NCBI GenBank assembly: GCA_964399425.1
Contig: CAYNQR010000001.1
Span: 68,494-132,493 of the forward strand
Direction of reading: 5' to 3'
Source of the DNA: an uncultured Dehalococcoidales bacterium
GTDB lineage: Bacteria > Chloroflexota > Dehalococcoidia > Dehalococcoidales > UBA5627
Length of the DNA: 64,000 nucleotides
Shown: in pieces, positions 38,990 through 48,974 of the stretch
Numbering within the stretch: the first letter of the stretch is position 1
Layout of the letters: every line of letters begins with the position of its first letter
Translations under genes and position numbers: made by a program
Notes under the pieces: generated by a model
The model's input: only the letters and a program-made list of their open reading frames with translations
What the model was told of the DNA's origin: nothing
Database searches by the model: none

Positions 38990-39262
38990 TTTAATCGTTA
39001 ACCCCGTAGGGACGGGTAATGCCCGTCCCTACGATTTTTATTTGTCATGTTGAGTACAGCGAAGCATTTAAATGCGATTCGATATTCACCACCGTTATGG
39101 TTCGATCCCGACATGTCGGGATTTCGTTCCGAACTACGGAACTCAACATCCGGGGGGATGTTAACAGCTTTCCCCTCGGGGAAGGTGGCATTTACGAAGT
39201 AAATGACGGATGAGGGTTGGTATTCCACTTGTACCGGCAGGATATCGCTACCCTGCCGGCAT
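38990..39262. repeat. composite block of palindromic REP-like intergenic elements
   Basis: Several perfect or near-perfect hairpins are packed into 270 nt: CGTAGGGACGGG/CCCGTCCCTACG, GATCCCGACATGTCGGGAT, TTCCCCTCGGGGAA and CCGGCAGG/CCTGCCGG. No credible CDS is present. Confidence 0.6.
39005..39040 (+). terminator. hairpin terminator after the formyltransferase-fold gene
   Basis: A perfect 12-bp stem, CGTAGGGACGGG with a taatg loop and CCCGTCCCTACG, followed by ATTTTTATTT. Confidence 0.65.
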
Positions 39263-39288
39263 TTTCATAAAATTAATTTATTTCAAGA

Positions 39289-39903
39289 CTATTTTTTCTT
39301 ATCTTCTTCCGGTTTGCTCAAAATCTCATCGATTAAACCGTATTCGACAGCCTGCTGCGGATTCAGATAGAAATCGCGGTCGGTATCGTGGATGATTTTT
39401 TCCACGGTTTGTCCGGTATTGGTTACCAGAATACCCCTGATTAAATCCTGCAATCTCATAATTTCACGTGCGGCAATCTCGATATCGGATGCCTGTCCCT
39501 GTGCGCCGCCGAGAGCCTGATGCATATGTATCGTAGAATTGGGCAAGGCATATCTCTTGCCTTTGGCGCCGGCGCTTAATAGTACGGTCGCCATACTGGC
39601 CGCCATCCCGACACATATCGTTGAAACGTCGGGTTTAATCAAGTTCATAGTATCGTAAATTGCCAATCCGGATGCGATAACGCCGCCGGGCGAGTTTATG
39701 TAAAGCTGGATATCCTTATCAGGGTCTTCCCTTTCCAGAAAGAGAAGCTGGGCAACAATAACATTGGAAACCTGGTCGTTTATCTGGGTACCCAGTATGA
39801 TGATACGTTCTTTCAAGAGTAAAGAGTAGATATCGTAAGCCCTTTCTCCTCTTGCACCGCTCTCAATCACCATGGGTATAACATTCATCGGATTCTCGTA
39901 CAT
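39289..39903 (-). CDS. clpP: ATP-dependent Clp protease proteolytic subunit
   Basis: 204 aa with the Ser context 'GMAASMA' and the His context 'IHMHQALGG'. Confidence 0.97.
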   Translation of the reverse strand: MYENPMNVIPMVIESGARGERAYDIYSLLLKERIIILGTQINDQVSNVIVAQLLFLEREDPDKDIQLYINSPGGVIASGLAIYDTMNLIKPDVSTICVGMAASMATVLLSAGAKGKRYALPNSTIHMHQALGGAQGQASDIEIAAREIMRLQDLIRGILVTNTGQTVEKIIHDTDRDFYLNPQQAVEYGLIDEILSKPEEDKKK

Positions 39904-39928
39904 CTTTAGTACTCCTTTATTTATAATA

Positions 39929-41230
39929 TTAGCTTTCAGCCGGTGTATTTGCCTTAACTATTTCCACCAGTTTTTTGATGGTTTTCTTGGCGCTTAAAAA
40001 GTTTTCCACTTCGATGCGCCCGTTGTTCTCCTGCATATATTTACGCAGTTCTTCCTGCCTTTGTCCGGCATCTTTTAACATCCTATCTATTTCATCATCT
40101 ACTTCCTGCGCCGAAACTGTGATTTGTTCCTGTCTGGCTACCTCGCTTACCACCAGAGTCCACAAAACTCTCTTTTTTGCCATAGGCTTGCCGCTTTCTC
40201 TTAATTTCGCTTCCGGCACCTGCTTTATTCTCTCTTCGAATTCCTTTTCATCCCGGCAGGTAGCCTGTAACTGCTGCTTATATTCCTGAATGAGAGCCTG
40301 CAACTCCATATCGACCATAACCGGAGGATATTCCATTTTACTGCTTTCTATTAACTTTTCGACAACCTTTTCCTCATAATTGGCAACAGAGTTGCGTTCT
40401 TTTTCGTTTTTCAAATTAGTACGTATTATATCTTTTAGGGCATCGAGCGACTCGATACCTGGATTAACTTTCTTTGCAAACTCATCATCGAGTTCCGGCA
40501 GCGTCGTTCCCTGCACATCGTGTATTTTAACGCTGAATTCAATTTCTTTTCCGGCTACCACTTTATTTTCATAATCGTCGGGAAGCGTCAGTTTGAATTT
40601 CGATTCCTCCCCGTTTTTCAAGCCGACTATTTTATCCGCCAACCCGGGTATCTCCTTGGCAAATTCGGAATTCAACTCGAAATTGACACCCTTTTTACGA
40701 ATAATGGGAGATTCATAGATTTCACCGATTATATCTGCTGTTACCGAATCGCCCATCTTTATCGGACTGTCGGAAATATCGAAATGTCCGCCATATTGCT
40801 TGCGCAGATTATCCAAAACTTCATTCAGCTCTGCCTCACTTACTTCAAGCGGTTCAGGTTCCACTACCATAGTTTTATAGTCTCCGAGCTCTACAAGCGG
40901 TTTCAAGGCGACTATCATCTCGAACTTTAAAGGCTCGTTTTGCACGATTTTAACCATCGGCTGCATTATTGCTTCAAGGTTTTGCTCTTTTATAACGTTA
41001 TTGCAGATAACCGGCAACGCCTCCTTGATGGCATCTTCGAGCAGTTTTTCCCTGCCGACATGCTTTTCCAGGATATCTCTCGGCGCGTTACCTTTACGAA
41101 AGCCCGGCACCTCTGTTCTTTTCACCAGCCATTGATACGCCTTTTCCATATACTCTTCTATCTCCGATGCCTCGGTTACAACGGTCAGATAACTCATACG
41201 GTTTTCCGTTTTATCAAGTGTCGATTTCAT
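39929..41230 (-). CDS. tig: trigger factor
   Basis: 433 aa with the N-terminal ribosome-binding motif 'PGFRKGNAP' and an FKBP-like middle domain. It lies upstream of clpP. Confidence 0.92.
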   Translation of the reverse strand: MKSTLDKTENRMSYLTVVTEASEIEEYMEKAYQWLVKRTEVPGFRKGNAPRDILEKHVGREKLLEDAIKEALPVICNNVIKEQNLEAIMQPMVKIVQNEPLKFEMIVALKPLVELGDYKTMVVEPEPLEVSEAELNEVLDNLRKQYGGHFDISDSPIKMGDSVTADIIGEIYESPIIRKKGVNFELNSEFAKEIPGLADKIVGLKNGEESKFKLTLPDDYENKVVAGKEIEFSVKIHDVQGTTLPELDDEFAKKVNPGIESLDALKDIIRTNLKNEKERNSVANYEEKVVEKLIESSKMEYPPVMVDMELQALIQEYKQQLQATCRDEKEFEERIKQVPEAKLRESGKPMAKKRVLWTLVVSEVARQEQITVSAQEVDDEIDRMLKDAGQRQEELRKYMQENNGRIEVENFLSAKKTIKKLVEIVKANTPAES

Positions 41231-41261
41231 TATTACCCCTTTATTTTATTTATTCTTTTAT

Positions 41262-43055
41262 CTATTCATCCACGAGTTTAATATGCAGTACATCAATATC
41301 TTCCTGACTGACGACATCGGGAGCATTGAAACACAAGTCGTAGGCATTCTGGTTCTTCGGGAAAGGAATGACTTCCCTGATACTGCTTTCGCCGGCAATC
41401 AGCATCAGCATACGGTCTACCCCGATAGCTATACCACCGTGAGGCGGCGCTCCATAGCTGAACGCCTCCAGCAAATGACCGAAAAGCTGGTCGATTGATG
41501 CATCGGTATGCCCCATCACTTTGAATACCCGCCTCTGCAATTCCGGATTGTGAATCCTGATACTGCCGCCGCCAACCTCATAGCCGTTTAATATAATATC
41601 ATAGCTCTGGCTGAAAACCTCCCCCGGACTCGATTCCAGAATCGGTATATCCCTTTCCTTGGGAGCTGTAAAAGGGTGATGCATCGATTCCCAGCGGTTG
41701 GTTTTATCATCCCGGTTGAATAACGGGAAGTTTATAATAAAACAATAAGCGAACAAATCCGGGTCGGCCAGTTTCAGGCGATTCCCCATTTCCAGGCGCA
41801 TCCTGCCAAGTATATTGCTGACGGCGGCATCGTCTCCGGCTGCAATCATCAACATATCCCCGGGAGCAGCGCCCAGACGTTTTGCCATCTCCTTAATCTG
41901 TTCGATAGTAAGAAATTTGGCTATCTGGGATTTAACCATGTCCATAGTCAATTCATTTATACTTGCTGCCGAAGAATCCAGAATTATGGTTGCCAGCCCT
42001 TTAGCCCCGAATCCCTTGGCTATTTCATTCAATTCGTTAATCTGTGCACGCGAATAACCGGCACAGCCGGGGGCGCTGATTCCCTTCACCTTGCCGCCGC
42101 CGGCAACAGCCGAACTGAACACCGCAAACTCGGAGTCAGCTACGATATCGGAAAGGTCTTTGATTTCCATTCCGAAACGGATATCAGGTTTATCGGAACC
42201 GTAACGTTCCATGGCATCGGCATAGTTCAAACGCGGAAACGGTTTAATGAAACGCTTCTCCGGCTTTAACTCTTCCATTATTTTGACGAAGAGGTCTTCG
42301 ATTAACTGCATCACATCCTCTTCTTCGGGGAAGCTCATTTCGATATCGAGCTGCGTAAATTCCGGCTGCCTGTCGGCACGCGTATCCTCATCGCGGAAAC
42401 ACTTGGCTACCTGGTAATACTTTTCGATGCCGGCTACCATTAAAAGCTGTTTCAACTGCTGCGGCGATTGCGGCAAGGCATAAAATTTACCCGGATAGAC
42501 GCGGCTGGGAACCAGGTAATCGCGTGCCCCTTCGGGAGTCCTTTTTATCAGAATGGGCGTTTCCACTTCCAGAAATCCCCTGTCGTCCATAAAATCGCGC
42601 ATCATCTTGACCACGCGATGGCGCAGGATGATGTTGTTCTTCATTCTTTCGCGCCTGATGTCAAGATAGCGGTATTTCAGGCGCAGGTTTTCATCGATAT
42701 CTATATCCTCGTTGATATAAAAAGGAGGGGTTTTTGCAGCATTCAATATCCTGACGCTGTCGGCCAGAATCTCGATTTCTCCGGTAGGTAATTTGGGATT
42801 TTCGGTACCTGCCGGTCGTAGCGACACCTGCCCGACTACCTGGATTACAAATTCGTTGCGCAACTGGCTGGCGGTATCATGGCATTCTTTCGAGGTTTCC
42901 GGATTGAAAACCACCTGTACCACGCCTTCCCTGTCCCTGAGGTCGATAAAAATCAAACCGCCGTGGTCGCGGCGGCGGTCTACCCAGCCGCCAAGGGTAA
43001 CAATCTGTTCGTTATTATTGCGGGTAAGTTCCCCGCAACTGTGACTTTTCAGCAA
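41262..43055 (-). CDS. aspS: aspartate--tRNA ligase
   Basis: 597 aa with an OB anticodon domain and class II motifs ('FRDEDTRADRQPEFTQLD', 'GGGSIRIH', 'GIAIGVDR'). Confidence 0.97.
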   Translation of the reverse strand: MLKSHSCGELTRNNNEQIVTLGGWVDRRRDHGGLIFIDLRDREGVVQVVFNPETSKECHDTASQLRNEFVIQVVGQVSLRPAGTENPKLPTGEIEILADSVRILNAAKTPPFYINEDIDIDENLRLKYRYLDIRRERMKNNIILRHRVVKMMRDFMDDRGFLEVETPILIKRTPEGARDYLVPSRVYPGKFYALPQSPQQLKQLLMVAGIEKYYQVAKCFRDEDTRADRQPEFTQLDIEMSFPEEEDVMQLIEDLFVKIMEELKPEKRFIKPFPRLNYADAMERYGSDKPDIRFGMEIKDLSDIVADSEFAVFSSAVAGGGKVKGISAPGCAGYSRAQINELNEIAKGFGAKGLATIILDSSAASINELTMDMVKSQIAKFLTIEQIKEMAKRLGAAPGDMLMIAAGDDAAVSNILGRMRLEMGNRLKLADPDLFAYCFIINFPLFNRDDKTNRWESMHHPFTAPKERDIPILESSPGEVFSQSYDIILNGYEVGGGSIRIHNPELQRRVFKVMGHTDASIDQLFGHLLEAFSYGAPPHGGIAIGVDRMLMLIAGESSIREVIPFPKNQNAYDLCFNAPDVVSQEDIDVLHIKLVDE

Positions 43056-43376
43056 AACTCTTCCCCCTGACGATACGAAATATACATTTTAAGTAAAGCT
43101 AATTATAACTCAGGACTGTATATTCTTCAAACACAAGCCGATTTAACAATCAGATATTTCCGGCAGGCACACCTTTTCCCGAATTTATTTGACCATAGTT
43201 TAGCGTTATCTTATACTATCATTTCACCCTGTTTCAGATAAATAAGTTATGCTTTTGATTGGTATCAGCGAAATTATTTACAATCAAATATTCCTTTATC
43301 ATACTAAACAAAGGTATAATTAATATCATCACCATTATCCTATAATTTCTTTACGAGAGGAAACGGAGATATTCAA

Positions 43377-45158
43377 ATGACGAATTTCGATATAACAACG
43401 CTCGACCCCACCAAATTGCAGGACTGGCAGGTGGCTGAAGAAGCCGAAAAGTACATGAAGCCGGTTACCGCTCTGGCTGATGACTGGGGTATAAAAAAAG
43501 AAGAGCTTTTGCCGTACGGCCATTTTATAGGCAAAGTGGATTTCCCGGTTATTCTCGAGAGGCTTAAGAATAAGCCGAATGGTAAATATATCGATGTTAC
43601 CGCCATAACCCCCACCCCGCTCGGGGAGGGCAAGAGCACCACTACCATGGGGCTGGTGCAGGGATTGGCTAAGAGAAATAAAAACGTATCGGGAGCTATC
43701 CGCCAGCCCTCGGGAGGTCCTACATTCAACATTAAGGGCAGCGCCGCCGGCGGAGGTTTATCGCAATGTATTCCGCTGACGCCGTTCTCGCTGGGTCTGA
43801 CCGGAGACATCGATAATGTAACCAACGCACATAACCTGGCAATGGTAGCTCTGACCTCGCGTTTGCAGCACGAATTCAATTACGACGATGCAACTTTAGC
43901 CCAAAAGAATTTGAAACGTCTGGATATCGACCCGCGCAATGTGCAGATGAAATGGGTAATGGACTTCTGTGCCCAGTCCCTGCGCGATATCGTCATCGGC
44001 ATCGGCGACAAGATGGACGGTTTCATGATGCGTTCCGGTTTTGCCATTTCGGTCAGTTCCGAAGTTATGGCGATACTTTCCGTATTTACCAGCCTGAAAG
44101 ACCTGCGGGAACGCATGTCTAAAATAGTGGTTGCCTATGACAAACAGGGAAATCCGGTAACCACCAAAGACCTGGAAGTCGATGGGGCTATGACCGCCTG
44201 GATGGTCAGAGCCGCCAATCCCAACCTGTTACAGACACTTGAAGGGCAGCCGGTGATGGTACATGCCGGACCTTTCGCCAATATCGCAGTCGGACAATCG
44301 TCGATTGTAGCCGACCAGGTAGCGCTGAAGCTCTCCGACTACCACGTGACGGAAAGCGGATTCGGCGCCGATATCGGCTTTGAAAAGTTCTGGAATATCA
44401 AGTGTCGTTTAAGCGGGCTGGTTCCCAACTGCGCCGTAATCGTTGCCACTGTCAGGGCGCTCAAGATGCACGGAGGCGGCCCCAAGGTCGCACCGGGCAA
44501 ACCCCTTGACCCGGCTTATACGCAGGAGAATGTCGGATTGGTCGAAAAAGGCTGCGCCAACCTGATTGCACATATCGAGACGGTGAAGAAAGCCGGCATC
44601 AATCCGGTCGTCTGCATCAACAATTTTTATACCGATACGAGAGACGAAATCAATACCGTCAGAAAGATGGCCGAACAGGCAGGAGCAAGGGTAGCACTAT
44701 CACAGCACTGGTTGAAGGGCGGAGCGGGAGCGCTGGAACTGGCTGATGCCGTTATAGAAGCCTGTGAAGACAAAGTAGATTTTAAATTGCTTTACGATGA
44801 CAATACTCCTGTAAAAAAGAGAATAGAAACTATCGCCAAAGAAGTATACGGAGCCGACGGCGTCAGTTATTCACCCGAAGCAAATGCCAGGATAGAACGC
44901 TTGGAGAAAGACCCCGATATCGATAAAATGGCGACCTGCATGGTAAAAACGCACCTTAGCCTGACACACGACCCCAACCTCAAGGGGCGTCCTACCGGTT
45001 GGACTTTACCGATAAAGGACGTTCTTGTATATAACGGGGCCGGATTTATAGTTCCGGTTGCCGGCGATATAAAATTAATGCCCGGTACGGGCTCCGACCC
45101 CGCTTTCCGCAGAATAGATGTGGATGTGGATACAGGAAAAATAAAAGGACTGTTTTAA
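43377..45158 (+). CDS. fhs: formate--tetrahydrofolate ligase
   Basis: 593 aa with '[13 protein letters not shown]' and '[14 protein letters not shown]'. Confidence 0.97.
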   Translation: MTNFDITTLDPTKLQDWQVAEEAEKYMKPVTALADDWGIKKEELLPYGHFIGKVDFPVILERLKNKPNGKYIDVTAITPTPLGEGKSTTTMGLVQGLAKRNKNVSGAIRQPSGGPTFNIKGSAAGGGLSQCIPLTPFSLGLTGDIDNVTNAHNLAMVALTSRLQHEFNYDDATLAQKNLKRLDIDPRNVQMKWVMDFCAQSLRDIVIGIGDKMDGFMMRSGFAISVSSEVMAILSVFTSLKDLRERMSKIVVAYDKQGNPVTTKDLEVDGAMTAWMVRAANPNLLQTLEGQPVMVHAGPFANIAVGQSSIVADQVALKLSDYHVTESGFGADIGFEKFWNIKCRLSGLVPNCAVIVATVRALKMHGGGPKVAPGKPLDPAYTQENVGLVEKGCANLIAHIETVKKAGINPVVCINNFYTDTRDEINTVRKMAEQAGARVALSQHWLKGGAGALELADAVIEACEDKVDFKLLYDDNTPVKKRIETIAKEVYGADGVSYSPEANARIERLEKDPDIDKMATCMVKTHLSLTHDPNLKGRPTGWTLPIKDVLVYNGAGFIVPVAGDIKLMPGTGSDPAFRRIDVDVDTGKIKGLF

Positions 45159-45159
45159 G

Positions 45160-47076
45160 ATGACGGAAGAAAATACGGAAATTAAATACACCGTACACTT
45201 CGAACCGGATAATATCGATATCGTTGTCAATGAGGGAGACAACCTGATGGAAGCAGCGGTTGCCGCCGGCGTACATATCAATGCCTCATGCGGCGGCGCC
45301 GGCGTCTGCGGAACCTGCAATGTCTTTATCAAACGCGGCCGGGTCGAAAGCACGAGGACGGATAAAATCCCGGAGCACGATTTTAAAAAGGGATTCAGAC
45401 AGTCCTGTAAAAGTAAAATCATGTCAGACCTGGTTGTCGAGATTCCGGGAACATCGAAACTGGAGAAAGCGGTGCTCTCGAGGGAAGAACTGCTATCGTC
45501 ATGCGCACTGGCAAGCGGATGGAAATTCGACCCGCCGGTAAAAAAGGCATATCTGGAACTGGCGCCGCCCGCTATGGAAGATAATACCAGCGATCTTTCG
45601 CGGCTGCTTAAAGGTTTAAAACAGCAATCCGGTTTCGATAGAGTTTCCGTTGACGGCGATATACTTTACGAACTGGCTGGTATTCTGCGTAGAGATGACT
45701 GGAGCGTCACGGCTACACTGCTGGAGGATAGCGATAACAGCTTCAAGCTGATTAATATCGAATCCGGCGATACTAGAGCAAGAAATTATACGTTGGTTTT
45801 TGACATCGGCACTACCGCGGTAAGGGGACAGTTGCTGGATGCAAACCGCGGGCGCGTGCTTGCTCAGGGCATCGATTATAACCGCCAAATCAGTTACGGA
45901 GAGGACGTTATCAGCCGCATCGCCTGGGCACAAAAACAGGATGGGATGGAGAAACTGCAAAAAGCGGTTGTCGCCACCATAAACGATATGATAAAGAACC
46001 TTGCCAGGAAGGCTGATACCGATATATCGGATATAACGCATATTATACTTGCCGCAAATACCGTAATGACGCATTTGCTGCTCGGTCTCAATCCGAAATA
46101 TTTAAGATTATCCCCCTATGTGCCGACGGCAAATTACCTGCCGCTTATAAAGGCGCGTAAAACAGGTATAGAAGCAGCCGACCATGTTTACCTGTATGCT
46201 ACCCCCTGTGTCGCCAGTTATGTCGGCGGTGATATTGTTTCGGGGATATTGGGTACGGGCACCTATCAAAAAGATAAATTGACGCTTTATATCGATATCG
46301 GCACCAACGGAGAAATCGTAATCGGCAATAAAGACTGGATGGTAACCGCTGCCTGTTCCGCCGGCCCGACCTTCGAGGGGGGAGGCATCAAGCACGGTAT
46401 GATAGCGGCATCGGGAGCCATCGAAGGCTTCGATGTCGATGCCAGGACATACGAACCGTATATCACGACAATCGATGACGCCAAACCTAAGGGAATCTGC
46501 GGTTCCGGATTAATAAATATCGCCGCAAAACTGCTTGAAAAAGGGGTTATAGACCGGGGGGGTAAATTCAATAAAGGGCTGTTGAATCGCAGAATCAGGG
46601 AAGGCGACAACGGATTCGAATATGTGCTGGCTTACGGCACAGAAACACAAACTTATAAAGATATCGTTCTGACGGAGACCGATATTGCGAATCTTATCCG
46701 TTCCAAGGCTGCCATGTACGCCGGATATCAGACCCTGCTGCAAAGCGTCGATAAGAAATTCATCAATCTGGAACAGGTAATTATCGCCGGCACTTTCGGT
46801 AATCATATCGATATAGAAAATGCCGTAACCATCGGGCTTCTCCCCGATATACCCAGAAACAGATTCCTGTTCGCGGGAAACGGTTCACTGCTGGGTGCGA
46901 GGTTATCCGCATACTCCCGCGACCTGCTTAACGAAGGAAGGAAAATTGCATCTATGATGACCAATCTCGAATTATCCGAAAACAGCCTGTTTATGGACAA
47001 CTATATCGCAGCCCTGTTTTTACCGCATACCGATGGAGGAGAATTCCCCACGGTAAAATTGGAGGGTAAAAACTAA
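45160..47076 (+). CDS. reductive activator of the corrinoid Fe-S protein (RACo/AcsV-type; 2Fe-2S ferredoxin plus ASKHA ATPase)
   Basis: 638 aa. N-terminal plant-type ferredoxin motif 'SCGGAGVCGTC', followed by an ASKHA-like 'DIGTTAV...DIGTNGE' domain. Confidence 0.85.
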   Translation: MTEENTEIKYTVHFEPDNIDIVVNEGDNLMEAAVAAGVHINASCGGAGVCGTCNVFIKRGRVESTRTDKIPEHDFKKGFRQSCKSKIMSDLVVEIPGTSKLEKAVLSREELLSSCALASGWKFDPPVKKAYLELAPPAMEDNTSDLSRLLKGLKQQSGFDRVSVDGDILYELAGILRRDDWSVTATLLEDSDNSFKLINIESGDTRARNYTLVFDIGTTAVRGQLLDANRGRVLAQGIDYNRQISYGEDVISRIAWAQKQDGMEKLQKAVVATINDMIKNLARKADTDISDITHIILAANTVMTHLLLGLNPKYLRLSPYVPTANYLPLIKARKTGIEAADHVYLYATPCVASYVGGDIVSGILGTGTYQKDKLTLYIDIGTNGEIVIGNKDWMVTAACSAGPTFEGGGIKHGMIAASGAIEGFDVDARTYEPYITTIDDAKPKGICGSGLINIAAKLLEKGVIDRGGKFNKGLLNRRIREGDNGFEYVLAYGTETQTYKDIVLTETDIANLIRSKAAMYAGYQTLLQSVDKKFINLEQVIIAGTFGNHIDIENAVTIGLLPDIPRNRFLFAGNGSLLGARLSAYSRDLLNEGRKIASMMTNLELSENSLFMDNYIAALFLPHTDGGEFPTVKLEGKN

Positions 47077-47078
47077 TA

Positions 47079-47969
47079 ATGACAGCAATTATCATCGACG
47101 GTACGGCAACTGCCAAGAGCATACGCCAGGAACTTACCGAAGAAGTCGTTCGTTTAAAAGAACAATATAATATAGTTCCGGGGCTGGCTACCATACTGGT
47201 AGGCGGAGACCCGGCATCGCAATTGTATGTAGGCATGAAGGTAAAAACATGCAAGGCTATGGGGCTGTATTCCGAAAACTACGACCTGCCCGCCGAAACC
47301 ACTGAAAATGAATTGCTGGCGCTGATAGAACGCCTTAACGATGAACCTAAAATACATGGAATATTGGTACAGGTTCCCCTGCCGCCGCATATTCATGATA
47401 ATACGGTACTGGCAGCTATTAACCCCATCAAGGATGTCGACGGCTTCAACCCCGAAAGTATCGGCAACCTGATGATAGGAGAAGCCAATTACCTGCCCTG
47501 TACGCCGCTGGGGATACAGGTTCTGTTGCAGAAATACAGCATTGAAACCGAAGGCGCCGATGTGGTAATTATCGGCAGGAGCAATATTCTGGGTAAGCCG
47601 ATGGCCGGTATACTGATGCAAAGAGGCAAAGGCGCCAACGCTACCGTGACCGTCTGCCATACCAAGACCAGGGACCTGGCATCCCATACACGCAGAGCCG
47701 ATATCCTGATTGCCGCCGCCGGCAGCAAACCGCGTTTTATCACTGCCGACATGGTAAAGGAAGGCGCGGTTGTCATCGATGCCAGCACCCACCGCATCGG
47801 GGAGACGGCGGACGGAAAAGCCGTGATTTGCGGCGATGTCGATTTCGAATCTGTCAAAGAGAAAGCCGGCGCCATTACACCCGTTCCCGGCGGCGTAGGA
47901 CCTATGACCATAGCCATGCTGATGTCTAATACCATCAAGGCAGCTAAAATTATAAATATGCTTGCATAA
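47079..47969 (+). CDS. folD: bifunctional methylene-THF dehydrogenase / methenyl-THF cyclohydrolase
   Basis: 296 aa with 'YVGMKVKTC', 'GILVQVPLP' and 'PVPGGVGPMT'. Confidence 0.96.
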   Translation: MTAIIIDGTATAKSIRQELTEEVVRLKEQYNIVPGLATILVGGDPASQLYVGMKVKTCKAMGLYSENYDLPAETTENELLALIERLNDEPKIHGILVQVPLPPHIHDNTVLAAINPIKDVDGFNPESIGNLMIGEANYLPCTPLGIQVLLQKYSIETEGADVVIIGRSNILGKPMAGILMQRGKGANATVTVCHTKTRDLASHTRRADILIAAAGSKPRFITADMVKEGAVVIDASTHRIGETADGKAVICGDVDFESVKEKAGAITPVPGGVGPMTIAMLMSNTIKAAKIINMLA

Positions 47970-47982
47970 TCCGGAGGATTGA

Positions 47983-48936
47983 ATGCCTTTTAAAACCCCC
48001 GAAATACAATACAACGGTCAAATCAGGGAAATAACGCTCGGTTGCGGAGATAAAGCTGTTACCGTAGGCGGCGAAAGCGCTTATAATTTTTATACCTTCG
48101 ACGCTGAAATGCCTCACGTTCCGGTAATCGCTATGGAAGTGTACGATGTAAAACCGGAAGATTGGGCGGAAGCAGCCGTCGAACCGTTTAATGATGTAAT
48201 CGATGACCCTGTAAGCTGGGCTAAAAAATGCATCGATGAATATAAAGCGGAGATGATTTGTTTGCAGCTTTCAAGCACCGACCCCAACGGACTAGACCGC
48301 GATGCCGATGAAGCAGCCGCTGTTGTCAAAAAGGTAGTCGAAGCAATCGATGTTCCGCTAGTTGTCTGGGGAACCGCCAATCATGAGAAGGATACTGAAG
48401 TATTGAACAGGATCTGCCGCGCCTGCAAAGGTAAAAACATTGCTATCGGCCCTCTCGAAGAAGGCGATTACAAAAATATCGCCCCCACAGCCATAGAATA
48501 CGGGCATACCGTTATCGCATCCAGCCCGATCGATATCAACCTGGCAAAACAACTTAATATTCTCATGGGGAATCTGGGAGTACCCGACGATAAAATCCTG
48601 ATCGACCCGACCGTCAGCAGCATCGGCTACGGTATCGAATACGCCTATTCCGTAATAGAAAGAATCAGGATCGCGGCTTTAACGCAGAACGATGAAAAGC
48701 TGCAATATCCCATCATATGCAATATCGCCGCCGAAACCTGGAAAACAAAGGAGTCCAAAACTCCTTCATGTGATAATCCGGCTCTCGGCGATGCCAAAAA
48801 ACGCGCTATCCTGCTTGAAGCGATGTCGGCGATGACGCTGGCTGCCGCAGGCGCCGATATACTTGTTATGAGGCACCCCGAAGCTATAAAACTCGTCAGG
48901 GAAATGATAGCCGACCTTACCTCCAATCAATTATAA
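47983..48936 (+). CDS. acsD: corrinoid iron-sulfur protein small subunit
   Basis: 317 aa TIM-barrel AcsD/CdhD-like protein, placed between folD and acsB in a tight operon. Confidence 0.85.
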   Translation: MPFKTPEIQYNGQIREITLGCGDKAVTVGGESAYNFYTFDAEMPHVPVIAMEVYDVKPEDWAEAAVEPFNDVIDDPVSWAKKCIDEYKAEMICLQLSSTDPNGLDRDADEAAAVVKKVVEAIDVPLVVWGTANHEKDTEVLNRICRACKGKNIAIGPLEEGDYKNIAPTAIEYGHTVIASSPIDINLAKQLNILMGNLGVPDDKILIDPTVSSIGYGIEYAYSVIERIRIAALTQNDEKLQYPIICNIAAETWKTKESKTPSCDNPALGDAKKRAILLEAMSAMTLAAAGADILVMRHPEAIKLVREMIADLTSNQL

Positions 48937-48974
48937 TTCAGATTGTTCCGGATTTATCCCTTATAAGGCTGAAA

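Noticed and set aside
38998-39228. Two overlapping ORFs of 64-76 aa in the gap between the formyltransferase-fold gene and clpP.
   Set aside because: Both are made of translated palindromic elements ('...RRDGHYPSLRG'). They have no SD and are mirrored on both strands.
43056-43376. I looked for a ZTP (pfl), THF or T-box leader in the 320 nt aspS/fhs divergent region, since ZTP and THF riboswitches often precede fhs/folD.
   Set aside because: The conserved cores are not visible: there is no GGGTCGTGAC...CCGCCTGG-type ZTP element and no THF or T-box specifier/T-box sequence. The region is simply AT-rich with -10-like boxes. A covariance-model scan would be the definitive check.
47154-48014. A 286 aa minus-strand ORF is antisense to folD.
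   Set aside because: It lies entirely within the well-supported folD gene. Its product has no family features and an odd composition. This is a typical shadow ORF.
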